Shown here one piece after another: positions 10,886 to 20,391 of a stretch of 64,000 nucleotides of DNA; within the stretch, counting starts at the first letter, position 1, and each line of letters begins with the position of its first letter. The DNA is from an uncultured Spirochaetaceae bacterium (lineage in GTDB: Bacteria; Spirochaetota; Spirochaetia; Sphaerochaetales; Sphaerochaetaceae), in NCBI GenBank assembly GCA_964524755.1, contig CAZGDR010000001.1:39708-103707 (forward strand), read 5' to 3'. The notes under the pieces are model-generated. The model was not told the DNA's origin. It saw only the letters and a program-made list of their open reading frames with translations, and did not search any database. Position numbers and translations under genes: made by a program.

Positions 10886-10914
10886 TTGACAGAATGGCAG
10901 TATCGCCTTACCAT
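10886..10914 (+). promoter_or_regulatory. Possible internal promoter ahead of the second EF-G gene (TTGACA-17-TACCAT)
   Basis: TTGACA at 10886-10891, a 17-nt spacer, and TACCAT at 10909-10914, in the 83-nt gap between the two EF-G genes. Confidence 0.35.
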
Positions 10915-10954
10915 GTTCCTTGAGTATTAACCGATGCTCTCTATAGGAGGACAT

Positions 10955-13030
10955 ATGAGCGTATCCACTACTGATTTAAGGAACATTGCTATCGTAGGCC
11001 ACAACGGTACCGGGAAAACCTCATTACTGGAACAAATTCTGTTTCAATGTGGTGTGATTTCCCGGGTAGAATCAATTGATTCAGGTAAGACTGTCAGTGA
11101 CTATACTGAAGAAGAAATTTCTAAACTTATTTCTATTCATACCGCAATGGCGCAGGTTACCTGTGAAGAAAAGATGATGACTTTTCTTGACACACCTGGT
11201 ACAGCTGGCTTCATTGGTGAAGTTATCAGCGCATTTCGTTCTTGTGAAAGTGCACTGGTAACTGTTGATGCACGGGATGGAGCCCAGATTGAAACGATTA
11301 AACTATGGAAAAAGTTAAACGATCGAAATAAGCCACGTGCTGTATTTATTAATAAGATTGATCGTGACCGAGCCGATTTCTTTACGGCCTTCAATCATTT
11401 AAAAGAACAATTACTAGCCACGTATGTTCCCATCACGATTCCTATGGGTTCTGGAGAAGATTACAAGGGTATTATTAATCTTATTGATAATACTGCTCAC
11501 TTTTACGCTTCCGGTGAAAAAGAAGTTATTGGGGAGATCCCAGAAGAGTATGCCGCACTCGTTGAAGAGTATGGTTTGATGTTGATTGAAGCTGCTGCCG
11601 AAGGAGCAGATGATCTTATTGAAAAATACTTTGATGTCGGTACTTTAGAACCTGATGATATTCGTCGAGGTCTCAGAGAAGGACTCAATGAAAACCGTAT
11701 CGTCCCTGTTTTTGCCGGAAGTGCTCTATTAGGTTCCGGTATCCTCAGCCTCCTCACCTTCATTAGAAATAACTTTCCCTCACCAAAAGGGAAGGTAGAT
11801 TTCATTCTTAAAGGAGAGGAAGAGGCCGATATTGCTATCGATCTTGAAGCTACTCCTGCAGCATATGTCTTTAAAACCACTATTGATCAATTCTCGGGAA
11901 AACTTGCCTATATTAAAGTTGTCCAAGGAACTATTGCCGGGGATACTGAACTCATCAACCCTGAGTTAGGTAAAAAAGAACGCCCTGGTAAAGTGTATCG
12001 GATGCTTGGAAAGAAATTGATCGAAGTCGATGCCCTTGAAGCCGGAGACATTGGAGTCATTGCCAAAAGTAATATTACGTATACTAATGCTACATTGGTA
12101 GCAAGTGATACTGGTTTCGTATTTTCACCTTTACGGTTCCCTTCCCCCATTTATTCTTTGGCTATCTACGCCGGTGATAAAAAATCTGAAGATAAGATGA
12201 ATGAAGCTCTCAGTAAGATCACTGAAGAAGACTTAACCTTTAGAAGATTTTATAACGATGAGACGAAACAATCGACCGTTAGTGGAATGGGTGAACTCCA
12301 CCTCAACATGATTCTCGATAAAGTGAGAGATAAACAAAAAATAACCATACATACCAAATTACCTAAAATTGCCTATCGTGAAACCATCAATAAAAAATCA
12401 GGGCTTGTTGATTATGCCCACAAAAAACAATCGGGTGGACATGGGCAGTATGGTAAAGTCGTCATTGAAATCGAACCCTTAGAACGAGGTGAGCAATTTA
12501 CCTTTACCAATGCTATTAAAGGTGGTGCTGTCTCTAAAGGCTATATGCCGGGGATAGAGAAAGGGTTACAAGATGCCATGCTTGAGGGCTATCTAGCAGG
12601 TTATCCCCTTGTTGATATCGGGGTTACCTTAGTCGATGGAAAAGAACATACCGTTGACTCATCGGAAATGGCCTTCAGATTAGCTGCCAAGGGTGCTATG
12701 AAAGCAGCTATTGGAAAAGCTAATCCTCTCTTACTTGAACCGTTCATGAAGCTTGCTGTCTATATCGAAGATCAATACCTTGGAGATATTCTCAGTGATT
12801 TAAGTGGTAAACGTGGCCGTGTGCTTGGTCAGGATGATATGGGGGGTGGTATTCAGGTTGTTAAGGCTGAGGTTCCACAAGCTGAAATGCTCAACTACGC
12901 CATCGATCTTAAATCGATGACAAGTGGTACCGGCTCATTTGAAATTGAGTTTGACCATTATGAAACGATCAGTGGCCGAATTGCAGATGATGTAATTAAA
13001 GCTGCAAAAAGTGAAGACGAAGAAGATTAA
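10955..13030 (+). CDS. EF-G II subfamily (EF-G-2-like) GTPase
   Basis: Start moved to the ATG at 10955, which is preceded by AGGAGGA; the ORF-track start is 10934. G1 is GHNGTGKTS, G3 is DTPGTAGF (no His) and G4 is NKID. KKQSGGHGQYGKV and the C-terminal half resemble Thermus EF-G-2 as I recall it. Confidence 0.8.
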   Translation: MSVSTTDLRNIAIVGHNGTGKTSLLEQILFQCGVISRVESIDSGKTVSDYTEEEISKLISIHTAMAQVTCEEKMMTFLDTPGTAGFIGEVISAFRSCESALVTVDARDGAQIETIKLWKKLNDRNKPRAVFINKIDRDRADFFTAFNHLKEQLLATYVPITIPMGSGEDYKGIINLIDNTAHFYASGEKEVIGEIPEEYAALVEEYGLMLIEAAAEGADDLIEKYFDVGTLEPDDIRRGLREGLNENRIVPVFAGSALLGSGILSLLTFIRNNFPSPKGKVDFILKGEEEADIAIDLEATPAAYVFKTTIDQFSGKLAYIKVVQGTIAGDTELINPELGKKERPGKVYRMLGKKLIEVDALEAGDIGVIAKSNITYTNATLVASDTGFVFSPLRFPSPIYSLAIYAGDKKSEDKMNEALSKITEEDLTFRRFYNDETKQSTVSGMGELHLNMILDKVRDKQKITIHTKLPKIAYRETINKKSGLVDYAHKKQSGGHGQYGKVVIEIEPLERGEQFTFTNAIKGGAVSKGYMPGIEKGLQDAMLEGYLAGYPLVDIGVTLVDGKEHTVDSSEMAFRLAAKGAMKAAIGKANPLLLEPFMKLAVYIEDQYLGDILSDLSGKRGRVLGQDDMGGGIQVVKAEVPQAEMLNYAIDLKSMTSGTGSFEIEFDHYETISGRIADDVIKAAKSEDEED

Positions 13031-13036
13031 GCTAAA

Positions 13037-13062
13037 AGCCGGGGTTACTCCCGGCTTTTTTC
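13037..13062. terminator. Hairpin plus T-run after EF-G-2; overlaps the last codons of trmB
   Basis: AGCCGGGgttacTCCCGGCTTTTTT: a 7-bp GC-rich stem followed by T6. Confidence 0.6.
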
Positions 13063-13758
13063 TACCCATATCTCATTGATAATATGCTTTTTATCTAACC
13101 CTTTTCTCTCAAAATTAGTAGTTGGTCGCCACGAGTGTCTCGGTGCAAATCCTCCATGGGGATTAACAAGTGTAGAGACAGAGGCAAAGGTATCAAGCAT
13201 TTGATAAGCATACTCTTCCCAATCAGTTACACAATAGACATACCCCCCTGGAGCTAGTTTACGAGCTAACAATTGGGCAAATTCAGCTTGAATTAACCGT
13301 CGTTTGTGATGTTTCTTTTTGGGCCATGGGTCGGGAAAGAAGATATGAAAACCAGAGATGCTAGTATCTTTAATCATGGTTTGTAACACTTCAACGGCAT
13401 CAAAACGGATAAGTCTAATATTTTGAATCTCTTTTCGTCCCACTTTTGAGAGTAATTTAGTAAAACCATTGATAAATACCTCAATAGCTACAAAATTAGT
13501 CAGTGGCATCTGTGAGGCAATTCGTTCTGTAGAGTGCCCCATACCAAACCCTATTTCCATGATCACAGGGTTCTGATTACCAAAAACCTGTGAGAAATCA
13601 AGTTCCTCTTCTGAAAAGGGGAGTACATATTGATCTGAATAGAGGTCTAAAGCCTCTTTTTGCACAGGTGTGAGCCGTGAGCGTCGTAACACAAAGCTTT
13701 TAATTTTTCGTCTACCATCTTCGGATACACTATCTACCCTAGGCAATAATAAGGCCAT
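13045..13758 (-). CDS. trmB: tRNA (guanine46-N7)-methyltransferase
   Basis: 237 aa with SAM-binding EIGFGMG and FFPDPWPKKKHHKRR, which is typical of TrmB. Confidence 0.9.
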   Translation of the reverse strand: MALLLPRVDSVSEDGRRKIKSFVLRRSRLTPVQKEALDLYSDQYVLPFSEEELDFSQVFGNQNPVIMEIGFGMGHSTERIASQMPLTNFVAIEVFINGFTKLLSKVGRKEIQNIRLIRFDAVEVLQTMIKDTSISGFHIFFPDPWPKKKHHKRRLIQAEFAQLLARKLAPGGYVYCVTDWEEYAYQMLDTFASVSTLVNPHGGFAPRHSWRPTTNFERKGLDKKHIINEIWVEKSRE

Positions 13759-13770
13759 ACCAGTCTCCCC

Positions 13771-16700
13771 TTAGGCTAATCTTTGCAACGTTTCTAAAAT
13801 AAATAACGATTTGTCTTTTAAAGAAACAGCATCAGTACGTAGCGTTACCACATTCATCTGCCTTTGGTCAATTCCTACTTTTCCATTACCTAGCCGAATG
13901 AGTTCCATCAGTTTATCTATGGCAATATGTTTAACCTTAGAAAACTCAATGGTTACCAGACCGTTGCGTTCTTTTAGATGATTAATAAAGAGTTTGCGAC
14001 ATACTATTTTAAGTTCAGCTATGTATAATAAATTAACCACCACTTCGGGCATGGCTCCAAACCTATCATCCATCTCTGCTGTTAAAGCCTGTAACTCGAC
14101 ATCGGTCGTGATCGAAGCCAACTTTTTGTAAATTTCAAATTTAACTGAGGGTTCGCTAATATAAGAATCGGGGATAAATCCCGAATAATCGAGTTCCAGA
14201 AACACTTCCTGCGATTCTTCAATCGAGCCATCTTTGAGTAGTTCAGCAATAGTTTCATCTAAAATTCGCAAGTACATATCGAGACCTACGGAAGCTAATT
14301 GGCCACTTTGTTCGCGTCCTAATAAATTCCCCGTACCTCGAATTTCCATATCTTTCATCGCAATTTTAAAACCACTTCCCAATTGCGTATGCTCAGAAAT
14401 AACCTTTAACCGTTTTACAGCTAACTCACTGATAACACTCTGCGCCGGATAAAATAGATAGGCAAACGCATCTTGATCACTTCTCCCTACCCGCCCCCGC
14501 AGTTGATAGAGTTGAGATATTCCATACCGGTCCGCCCGGTCAATGATAATGGTATTCACGTTGGGGATATCAATCCCGTTTTCAATCAAAGAGGTGGAGA
14601 CTAAAACCTGAATACCCTGATGGATAAACCGACGCATCACATCTTCTATGGCAAGAGCATCCATTTGTCCATGAATTGACTCTATAAAGAGTTCTGGTAA
14701 TTCTTTAGAGAGCATTTGCACTACTTCTTCGAGCGTATTAATACGGTTATGGAGGTAGAATACCTGTCCTCCCCGCTCTATTTCAAACCTGATAGCTGAA
14801 ACAATAGTTTTAAGATCAAATTCCTTTATTACCGTTTTTATAGGTCGGCGTTGAATAGGGGGTGTTGTGAGCAAAGACATGTCACGAATTTTGAGCAACG
14901 ACATATAGAGGGTCCTTGGAATGGGGGTAGCCGAAAGAGCTAAACTATCAATATTGGATTTCAACTCTTTCACTTTCTCTTTATCTTTTACCCCAAAACG
15001 CTGTTCTTCATCGATAATAAGTAGTCCTAAATCTTTAAATACAACATCCTTTTGTAAAAGTCGATGGGTTCCCACGAGGATATCGACCTCACCCTGTTTT
15101 AAGCGTTGAATAATCGCTCTTTGCTTTTTTTTGGAAACCATGCGCGAGATAACTTCAACCTTAACGGGGAAATGACCAAGTCGTTCTATTAACGTGTCGT
15201 AATGTTGTTCAGCCAGAATCGTCGTTGGAGCTAAGAAGGCTACCTGCTTACCTGCCATGACTGCTTTAAAGGCTGCACGCAGGGCAATCTCGGTCTTACC
15301 ATATCCAACATCCCCGCATACGAGACGGTCCATGACGGTAGGACTTTCCATATCGGCTTTGATATCTTCTATGCAAGTAAGTTGGTCTTCTGTTTCATCA
15401 AAAGGAAAAGAAGCTTCAAACTCTAGCTGCCAGTCCGTGTCTTTAGGGAAGGGAAATCCTGTACTACTTTTTCGCCGCGCATAGAGATCGATAAGACGAG
15501 AGGCTAGCTGTTCAGCCGATTTACGGGCTTTTGCTTTTTTAGTTTCCCACCCTTGCCCGCCGAGTTTATCGAGGCGAGGCACTCCTCCTGCGCTACCAAT
15601 GTAGCGTTGGATGAGATTGGCTTGTTCGATCGGGACAAAGAGAATTTCTTTATCGGCATAGGCAATTTTAATGTAATCCCGTTCCCTTCCAGACATCGAG
15701 ATACGATCTATTTTAAGAAATTGGCCTACCCCGTAATTTACATGAACGACATAATCTCCCTCTTGTAAATCAACAAAGGAGTCTAATGGTGAAGATTGGA
15801 CTTTGTGGAGTGCCTTTACTACCTGTTTACGCCGTCCAAAGATTTCATGGTCACAAATGGCCACCAATTTCTGGTTGACGATTGAAAACCCACCACTAAT
15901 TTCCAAATCGAGAATACTTACCGAAGGGAACTGATTGAGCATGCTGCGCAATCGTTTCTGTTGTAAAGAAGATCCAGTATAAATCACCACTGTATAGCCG
16001 TTGCTGATAAATTGAGCTAAGGACTCTTTGAACATAATGAAATTGCCAAAGTATGAGCGTGGACCATCAATGTCGTACGAGAAAGTATTAGCTTGCTGTC
16101 CTCGTACCTCCAAGAGTACTGTTGATGCTTGCCACGTTTCAAAGAAATGAGAGTAATCAAAGAGCAGTTCACCTGGCTTGGTAGACTCTCGGTCTTTAAG
16201 GAAGGCATCCCGATAGAGCGTTTTAGCCTCTACCATGAGGGAATGAAACGAGGTCTCCAGACGTTCTTTCCCTAAGAACACCATGTAATCGTCGCTAGTG
16301 AGATAGGACTCTATAGTGGTGGTTTCAATCGTTGGTGTTTCAGGTAGTATAGTGAGCGAGATATGACCTAAGGTTTTTACCGTATCTTGTGTTAGAGGAT
16401 CAAAATAGGTAATTTTCTCGATCCTGTCCCAATCGGCATAAATTCGTACGGGGTAGCGAGAATCGTGAGGAAAAAAGTCAACAACCTCTCCATGCACTGA
16501 GAACTCTCCCACCATCGTAGTGCTGGGGGAGCGAAAATAGCCCCCATCACTTAATTCTTGAGCAATTTTGGTTGATTCAAAAGGATCCCCTACGCGCAAC
16601 TTCATCTCGGTACTGCGAAGAGAATCTAAAGAGATGACAGGAGAAACAAAGGCTCGTAAGTGGGTTACTACCATCCGTTTTGGATGCTCAATTAGGGCTG

Positions 16701-17082
16701 CTAAGGCCTTTAACTGGCTATATTCACGCTCACTTCCTCCCCATGGACTATATAATAGTTTTCCGTTGGACGGGAGATAGATAAAAGGGGTTCCTGTCGT
16801 TTGGAGATCTTTGCAGAGCTGCATGGCAGCAGTTTCAGTCGAACATAAGGTCCAAACTCGCTGGTTTAGTACACGCGCATAGAGAATCAGGGTCTCTGCC
16901 AAGGGATACCCCTCTAGACCCTCTATCCATTGACGTTTAGTACTATTGTGCCTGAATGCCTTGTATGCGTCTGTACTTTTAATATAAGATTGCACGAGTG
17001 GACCAATATGTTGTTGCATAACCGGACATACACTATCACAGAGAGGAAAGGTATTCAATGGATGTTTTTGATCGTATCGCAC
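13771..17082 (-). CDS. mfd: Transcription-repair coupling factor
   Basis: 1103 aa with a UvrB-like N-terminus, an RNAP-interacting domain, and SF2 motifs GDVGYGKTE and DEEQRFGV. The C-terminus is TRCF-type. The start may instead be the internal ATG at 17019, because 17082 overlaps the divergent gene. Confidence 0.9.
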   Translation of the reverse strand: MRYDQKHPLNTFPLCDSVCPVMQQHIGPLVQSYIKSTDAYKAFRHNSTKRQWIEGLEGYPLAETLILYARVLNQRVWTLCSTETAAMQLCKDLQTTGTPFIYLPSNGKLLYSPWGGSEREYSQLKALAALIEHPKRMVVTHLRAFVSPVISLDSLRSTEMKLRVGDPFESTKIAQELSDGGYFRSPSTTMVGEFSVHGEVVDFFPHDSRYPVRIYADWDRIEKITYFDPLTQDTVKTLGHISLTILPETPTIETTTIESYLTSDDYMVFLGKERLETSFHSLMVEAKTLYRDAFLKDRESTKPGELLFDYSHFFETWQASTVLLEVRGQQANTFSYDIDGPRSYFGNFIMFKESLAQFISNGYTVVIYTGSSLQQKRLRSMLNQFPSVSILDLEISGGFSIVNQKLVAICDHEIFGRRKQVVKALHKVQSSPLDSFVDLQEGDYVVHVNYGVGQFLKIDRISMSGRERDYIKIAYADKEILFVPIEQANLIQRYIGSAGGVPRLDKLGGQGWETKKAKARKSAEQLASRLIDLYARRKSSTGFPFPKDTDWQLEFEASFPFDETEDQLTCIEDIKADMESPTVMDRLVCGDVGYGKTEIALRAAFKAVMAGKQVAFLAPTTILAEQHYDTLIERLGHFPVKVEVISRMVSKKKQRAIIQRLKQGEVDILVGTHRLLQKDVVFKDLGLLIIDEEQRFGVKDKEKVKELKSNIDSLALSATPIPRTLYMSLLKIRDMSLLTTPPIQRRPIKTVIKEFDLKTIVSAIRFEIERGGQVFYLHNRINTLEEVVQMLSKELPELFIESIHGQMDALAIEDVMRRFIHQGIQVLVSTSLIENGIDIPNVNTIIIDRADRYGISQLYQLRGRVGRSDQDAFAYLFYPAQSVISELAVKRLKVISEHTQLGSGFKIAMKDMEIRGTGNLLGREQSGQLASVGLDMYLRILDETIAELLKDGSIEESQEVFLELDYSGFIPDSYISEPSVKFEIYKKLASITTDVELQALTAEMDDRFGAMPEVVVNLLYIAELKIVCRKLFINHLKERNGLVTIEFSKVKHIAIDKLMELIRLGNGKVGIDQRQMNVVTLRTDAVSLKDKSLFILETLQRLA

Positions 17083-17846
17083 AGTTAATTATCGAAATGG
17101 GAGATCTCGCCTGTACAAAACAAGCTACTATCTCACGTGATTATAAAGATGATGGCTCGGTACTGACTGCTACCGATACTGCCATTAACGAGCAGGTGGA
17201 GAGTGCCTTAATTCAACACTTTCCCGATGCAAATATTATTACCGAAGAGGCTCTGCGTCCTTTTAATAACGAAGCACCTCTCACTTTTATCCTCGATCCA
17301 ATCGATGGCACCGATGTCTATAGTCAAGGCTTGCCTAGTTGGTGTATATCTTTGGGTATTCTGGATGAGAATCGTCAATGTATTGGAGCTATGGTGAATG
17401 CACCTCGTTGGGGCTTGAGTCGAAGTGAGGGGCTATTCTTACGCCAAGATCCTGGAAAGCCTCTTTTATTAAACGGTAAACCATTTACCCCCCGCGTACG
17501 ATCAACTAAGATTGAACAAATCGCCATGGCCTCCTACCCTCCACGCCATATTATGCTACACGACTTTAAAGGGAAAGTTAGGTGTTACGGCTCTAATATC
17601 TTGCATATGATTTCACCGCTTATTCATCCTCATATTCAGGGAGCCATCTCAGCCCCCTGTTTCGCCTGGGATATTGCGGGAGCTCATGCCTTACTAGCTT
17701 TACAGGGGATGGTAGTTGAATATGCTGATGGTAGCCCCTTTGTCTATACGGACGCGTTGCTCGCCAAGCGCCAGCCTTTTGAGGGTGTTGTCTTGTCTGG
17801 ACCAGATAAGACTGTAAAAGAGATGGCTCTATTATATAATAATTAA
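17058..17846 (+). CDS. Inositol monophosphatase family protein
   Basis: 262 aa with IMPase-family metal motifs (EE, LDPIDGT, WDIAGA). Confidence 0.75.
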   Translation: MDVFDRIAQLIIEMGDLACTKQATISRDYKDDGSVLTATDTAINEQVESALIQHFPDANIITEEALRPFNNEAPLTFILDPIDGTDVYSQGLPSWCISLGILDENRQCIGAMVNAPRWGLSRSEGLFLRQDPGKPLLLNGKPFTPRVRSTKIEQIAMASYPPRHIMLHDFKGKVRCYGSNILHMISPLIHPHIQGAISAPCFAWDIAGAHALLALQGMVVEYADGSPFVYTDALLAKRQPFEGVVLSGPDKTVKEMALLYNN

Positions 17847-18529
17847 GGCTGAACTTTCCCTTGCGTGTACCAAGAGCGTGCCATATACATAAAAGGGGTA
17901 TCCAGAATTGAGACTACCCATTTCAGAAGGTAGGTGGTTACCATAATTTGCCAAAGTACCGACCACTCATAAACACCCCAAAATGCTATTATAGTAAACA
18001 ATAAAGTGTCGATAAGTTGACTTATCATGGTGCTGGCGTTATTACGCAGCCACAGCCATTTGGGCTCGGGACGTTTGCGACGCCAAAACTCAAAGGCATT
18101 AATATCGTGTAATTGTGAGGCTAGATAGGCCACAAGACTCCCTAAAGCAATTCTGGGCATAAGGGCAAAGATAGTAGTCATGCTCTCTTGGACGAAATCT
18201 GAAGGTGCCGGTTTGAAGTACAGGGCTACATTCATCAGGACCGTCATGACCACGAGTGAGAAAAAACCGATCCCAACTGCTTGCATAGCATCGCGTTTAC
18301 CAAAACATTCACTGAGAATGTCGGTAGCAAGGAAGCTGGTAGCATACACTACATTGCCTAAGGTAGCTTCTAAGCCAAATATTTCAACGGTTTTAGTGAC
18401 TTGAATATTAGCTAGTATGACTGAGATAGGAATCCAGATAAAAAGTCCTATTTTACCCCACAGACGAAAGGCAACCATTATCGCTACAAAATTGAGTCCC
18501 AACATAACTGCCCAGAAAAGTTCATTCAC
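17843..18529 (-). CDS. yhhQ: Queuosine-precursor transporter (YhhQ/DUF165 family)
   Basis: Polytopic membrane protein with the YhhQ-like pattern (ATSFLATDILSECFGKRDA, SQLIDTLLF). The likely start is GTG at 18529 or ATG at 18505. The ORF-track start at 18574 would overlap the upstream gene by 53 nt. Confidence 0.7.
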   Translation of the reverse strand: MNELFWAVMLGLNFVAIMVAFRLWGKIGLFIWIPISVILANIQVTKTVEIFGLEATLGNVVYATSFLATDILSECFGKRDAMQAVGIGFFSLVVMTVLMNVALYFKPAPSDFVQESMTTIFALMPRIALGSLVAYLASQLHDINAFEFWRRKRPEPKWLWLRNNASTMISQLIDTLLFTIIAFWGVYEWSVLWQIMVTTYLLKWVVSILDTPFMYMARSWYTQGKVQP

Positions 18530-19052
18530 ACACCACCACCTTTGACAACTCCTCTTCCCATGGTGCTTGCACACGCAATATTAGAGCTGCAGAGGTTGGT
18601 ATATCATAGGTGTGTAGGACTGCGTCAAGTAACGATTCGCGCACTACCGCAATAATTGTCCCCTGATACGAATTCATGGCCTCAAGGAAGGTTTGGTGGA
18701 GTGCCTCGCCTTGTAATTCGAGCGGTCCAATCTCATCAAAAGTAAGATAGTCTGTAGCATGCATGTGCTCCATAATTCGTTCATGCGCCCACCTAAAAGT
18801 AGTATGATCTATCCAAAATCGCCCGAATGTATCCCACCCATCTTGGGCTGTCGTGGTCATGAGTAAGCGAATATCGCCTGTAAACTGATCACTCAGTACC
18901 CATTCAGTTTTTTCTTGATGAGGCAAAGGTATAACTTGGATCATACCCCCGATCTTATGACCAGCAGAATCTAGGCGTGAACACAAGGAGTAAAGGAATG
19001 TTGTCTTTCCACTATCTATAGGTCCCGTAATAAATATAGGCTTGCATCGCAC
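18522..19052 (-). CDS. Small P-loop NTPase (THEP1/DUF2478-like)
   Basis: 176 aa with Walker A GPIDSGKT at the N-terminus and FDEIGPLE (Walker B-like). The GTG start overlaps the upstream TAG (TAGTG) and has GGAGGT 5 nt upstream. Confidence 0.5.
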   Translation of the reverse strand: MRCKPIFITGPIDSGKTTFLYSLCSRLDSAGHKIGGMIQVIPLPHQEKTEWVLSDQFTGDIRLLMTTTAQDGWDTFGRFWIDHTTFRWAHERIMEHMHATDYLTFDEIGPLELQGEALHQTFLEAMNSYQGTIIAVVRESLLDAVLHTYDIPTSAALILRVQAPWEEELSKVVVCE

Positions 19053-19708
19053 TACGCACCTCCTAGGAAGCTCTGTAATACGGCAAATGATGCCATTGAA
19101 TCTTCCCGACGAATTACGAAAGTCAATTCATTCATGGTGGAGATAATTTCATTTACATTTATCTCTTCCCAAGCTAACTTACGCACTGCTTCATAGACAA
19201 TCCCTGGCGTAGACATGAAATCACCGGAAAAGACTAAGGAGAGGGCTACGAGATCTCCCATTTGATGTAACACTGTCTCTCCTTCAATCAAGCTGGTGAT
19301 ACTTTCAAGATGTTTTTCGCTAATAGAGAGACTGATTTCATGGCTCCCTAAAGTAACATTGAGAAAATCTCCTGAAGCAGGACTTATCGTATTGTAGAGT
19401 TTTCCCAAGGTAGACATGACCGTTTCACTGCGTACGAGGTTGATACTATAAATATTAGTCTTCATCATGATTTCATATTGAATATCATAACTTTTTTGTT
19501 CGGTATCTTTCTTCCGTAACTCTTCAGCATACCGTCTGATAGCCATCACAATAGCTGAAGTTTTTACGGTTTTGCCGTGCAGCTCCTCTACGGTGCCCTG
19601 GATAGATGCGGCATAATTGCTGTAGCTAAGAATCCCCTGAATGAGCATCTCATAGAGGAAGGGTGTGCGATCTATAATTCGCTTGACAGAATTGCTTACA
19701 GATTCCAT
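19052..19708 (-). CDS. Hypothetical protein with C-terminal ACT-like domain(s)
   Basis: 218 aa. The C-terminal half (LVALSLVFSGDFMSTPGIVYEAVRKLAWEEINVNEIISTMNELTFVIRRED) resembles aspartokinase-type ACT repeats. I do not recognise the N-terminal part. Confidence 0.35.
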   Translation of the reverse strand: MESVSNSVKRIIDRTPFLYEMLIQGILSYSNYAASIQGTVEELHGKTVKTSAIVMAIRRYAEELRKKDTEQKSYDIQYEIMMKTNIYSINLVRSETVMSTLGKLYNTISPASGDFLNVTLGSHEISLSISEKHLESITSLIEGETVLHQMGDLVALSLVFSGDFMSTPGIVYEAVRKLAWEEINVNEIISTMNELTFVIRREDSMASFAVLQSFLGGA

Positions 19709-19860
19709 AAAAACCTCTTTATTCCCGTTCTTTTGTTATTATTAACACACTATAGCCCAAATTACAATATTTTATAACAAAATCATTCGATATATTACAA
19801 AGTATTATCGCTTAATCCAAGGAGACATTATTTCTTTAATTATTTTTTCTTCTTAACAAT

Positions 19861-19888
19861 TTGCATTAATTCAATTGTATGCTATAGT
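19861..19888 (+). promoter_or_regulatory. Sigma70-like promoter for nrdR (TTGCAT-16-TATAGT)
   Basis: TTGCAT at 19861-19866 and TATAGT at 19883-19888, about 33 nt before the nrdR ATG. Confidence 0.45.
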
Positions 19889-19920
19889 GTGAATTATCTT
19901 TTTAAAAGGAGTTTTCAAGC

Positions 19921-20385
19921 ATGTTATGCCCATATTGCGGTAAGATGGAAGACAAGGTCTTGGAGTCACGTCAGAACAGTAGTGGATCAACCATCCGACG
20001 CCGCCGAGAATGCTTGAGCTGTGGTTACCGATTCACCTCGTATGAGAGGATAGAAGAGAAACCTCTCCTCGTTGTAAAACGTGATGGACGTCGAGAACCT
20101 TTCAATAGTAGTAAATTGGAAAGAGGCCTCCGTATTACCACGCAAAAACGTAATATTAGTCAGGAAACTATTGAGCAAATATTGCAGGACATTGAGGATG
20201 AGATTGTGTTGTTAGCAGGAGCTAAACGTGAAGTTTCCTCTCAGGCCATTGGTGAAGCCGCATTACGACAATTGTATAAAATAGATACAGTAGCCTATAT
20301 ACGATTTGCCTCGGTGTACCGTGCATTCGCCAATGTAGATCAATTTGTAGAGGAGATTGAAAAAATCACCCACAATATGAAGTAA
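19921..20385 (+). CDS. nrdR: Transcriptional repressor NrdR
   Basis: MLCPYCG...CLSCGYRFTSYERIE zinc ribbon followed by an ATP-cone domain; 154 aa. Confidence 0.95.
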   Translation: MLCPYCGKMEDKVLESRQNSSGSTIRRRRECLSCGYRFTSYERIEEKPLLVVKRDGRREPFNSSKLERGLRITTQKRNISQETIEQILQDIEDEIVLLAGAKREVSSQAIGEAALRQLYKIDTVAYIRFASVYRAFANVDQFVEEIEKITHNMK

Positions 20386-20391
20386 GGCTTA

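Noticed and set aside
11503-11880. 125-aa minus-strand ORF inside the EF-G-2 gene, with similar ones at 11137-11394 and 11908-12150.
   Set aside because: They are antisense to a strongly supported CDS and have a Ser/Pro/Ala/Arg-rich composition typical of antisense frames.
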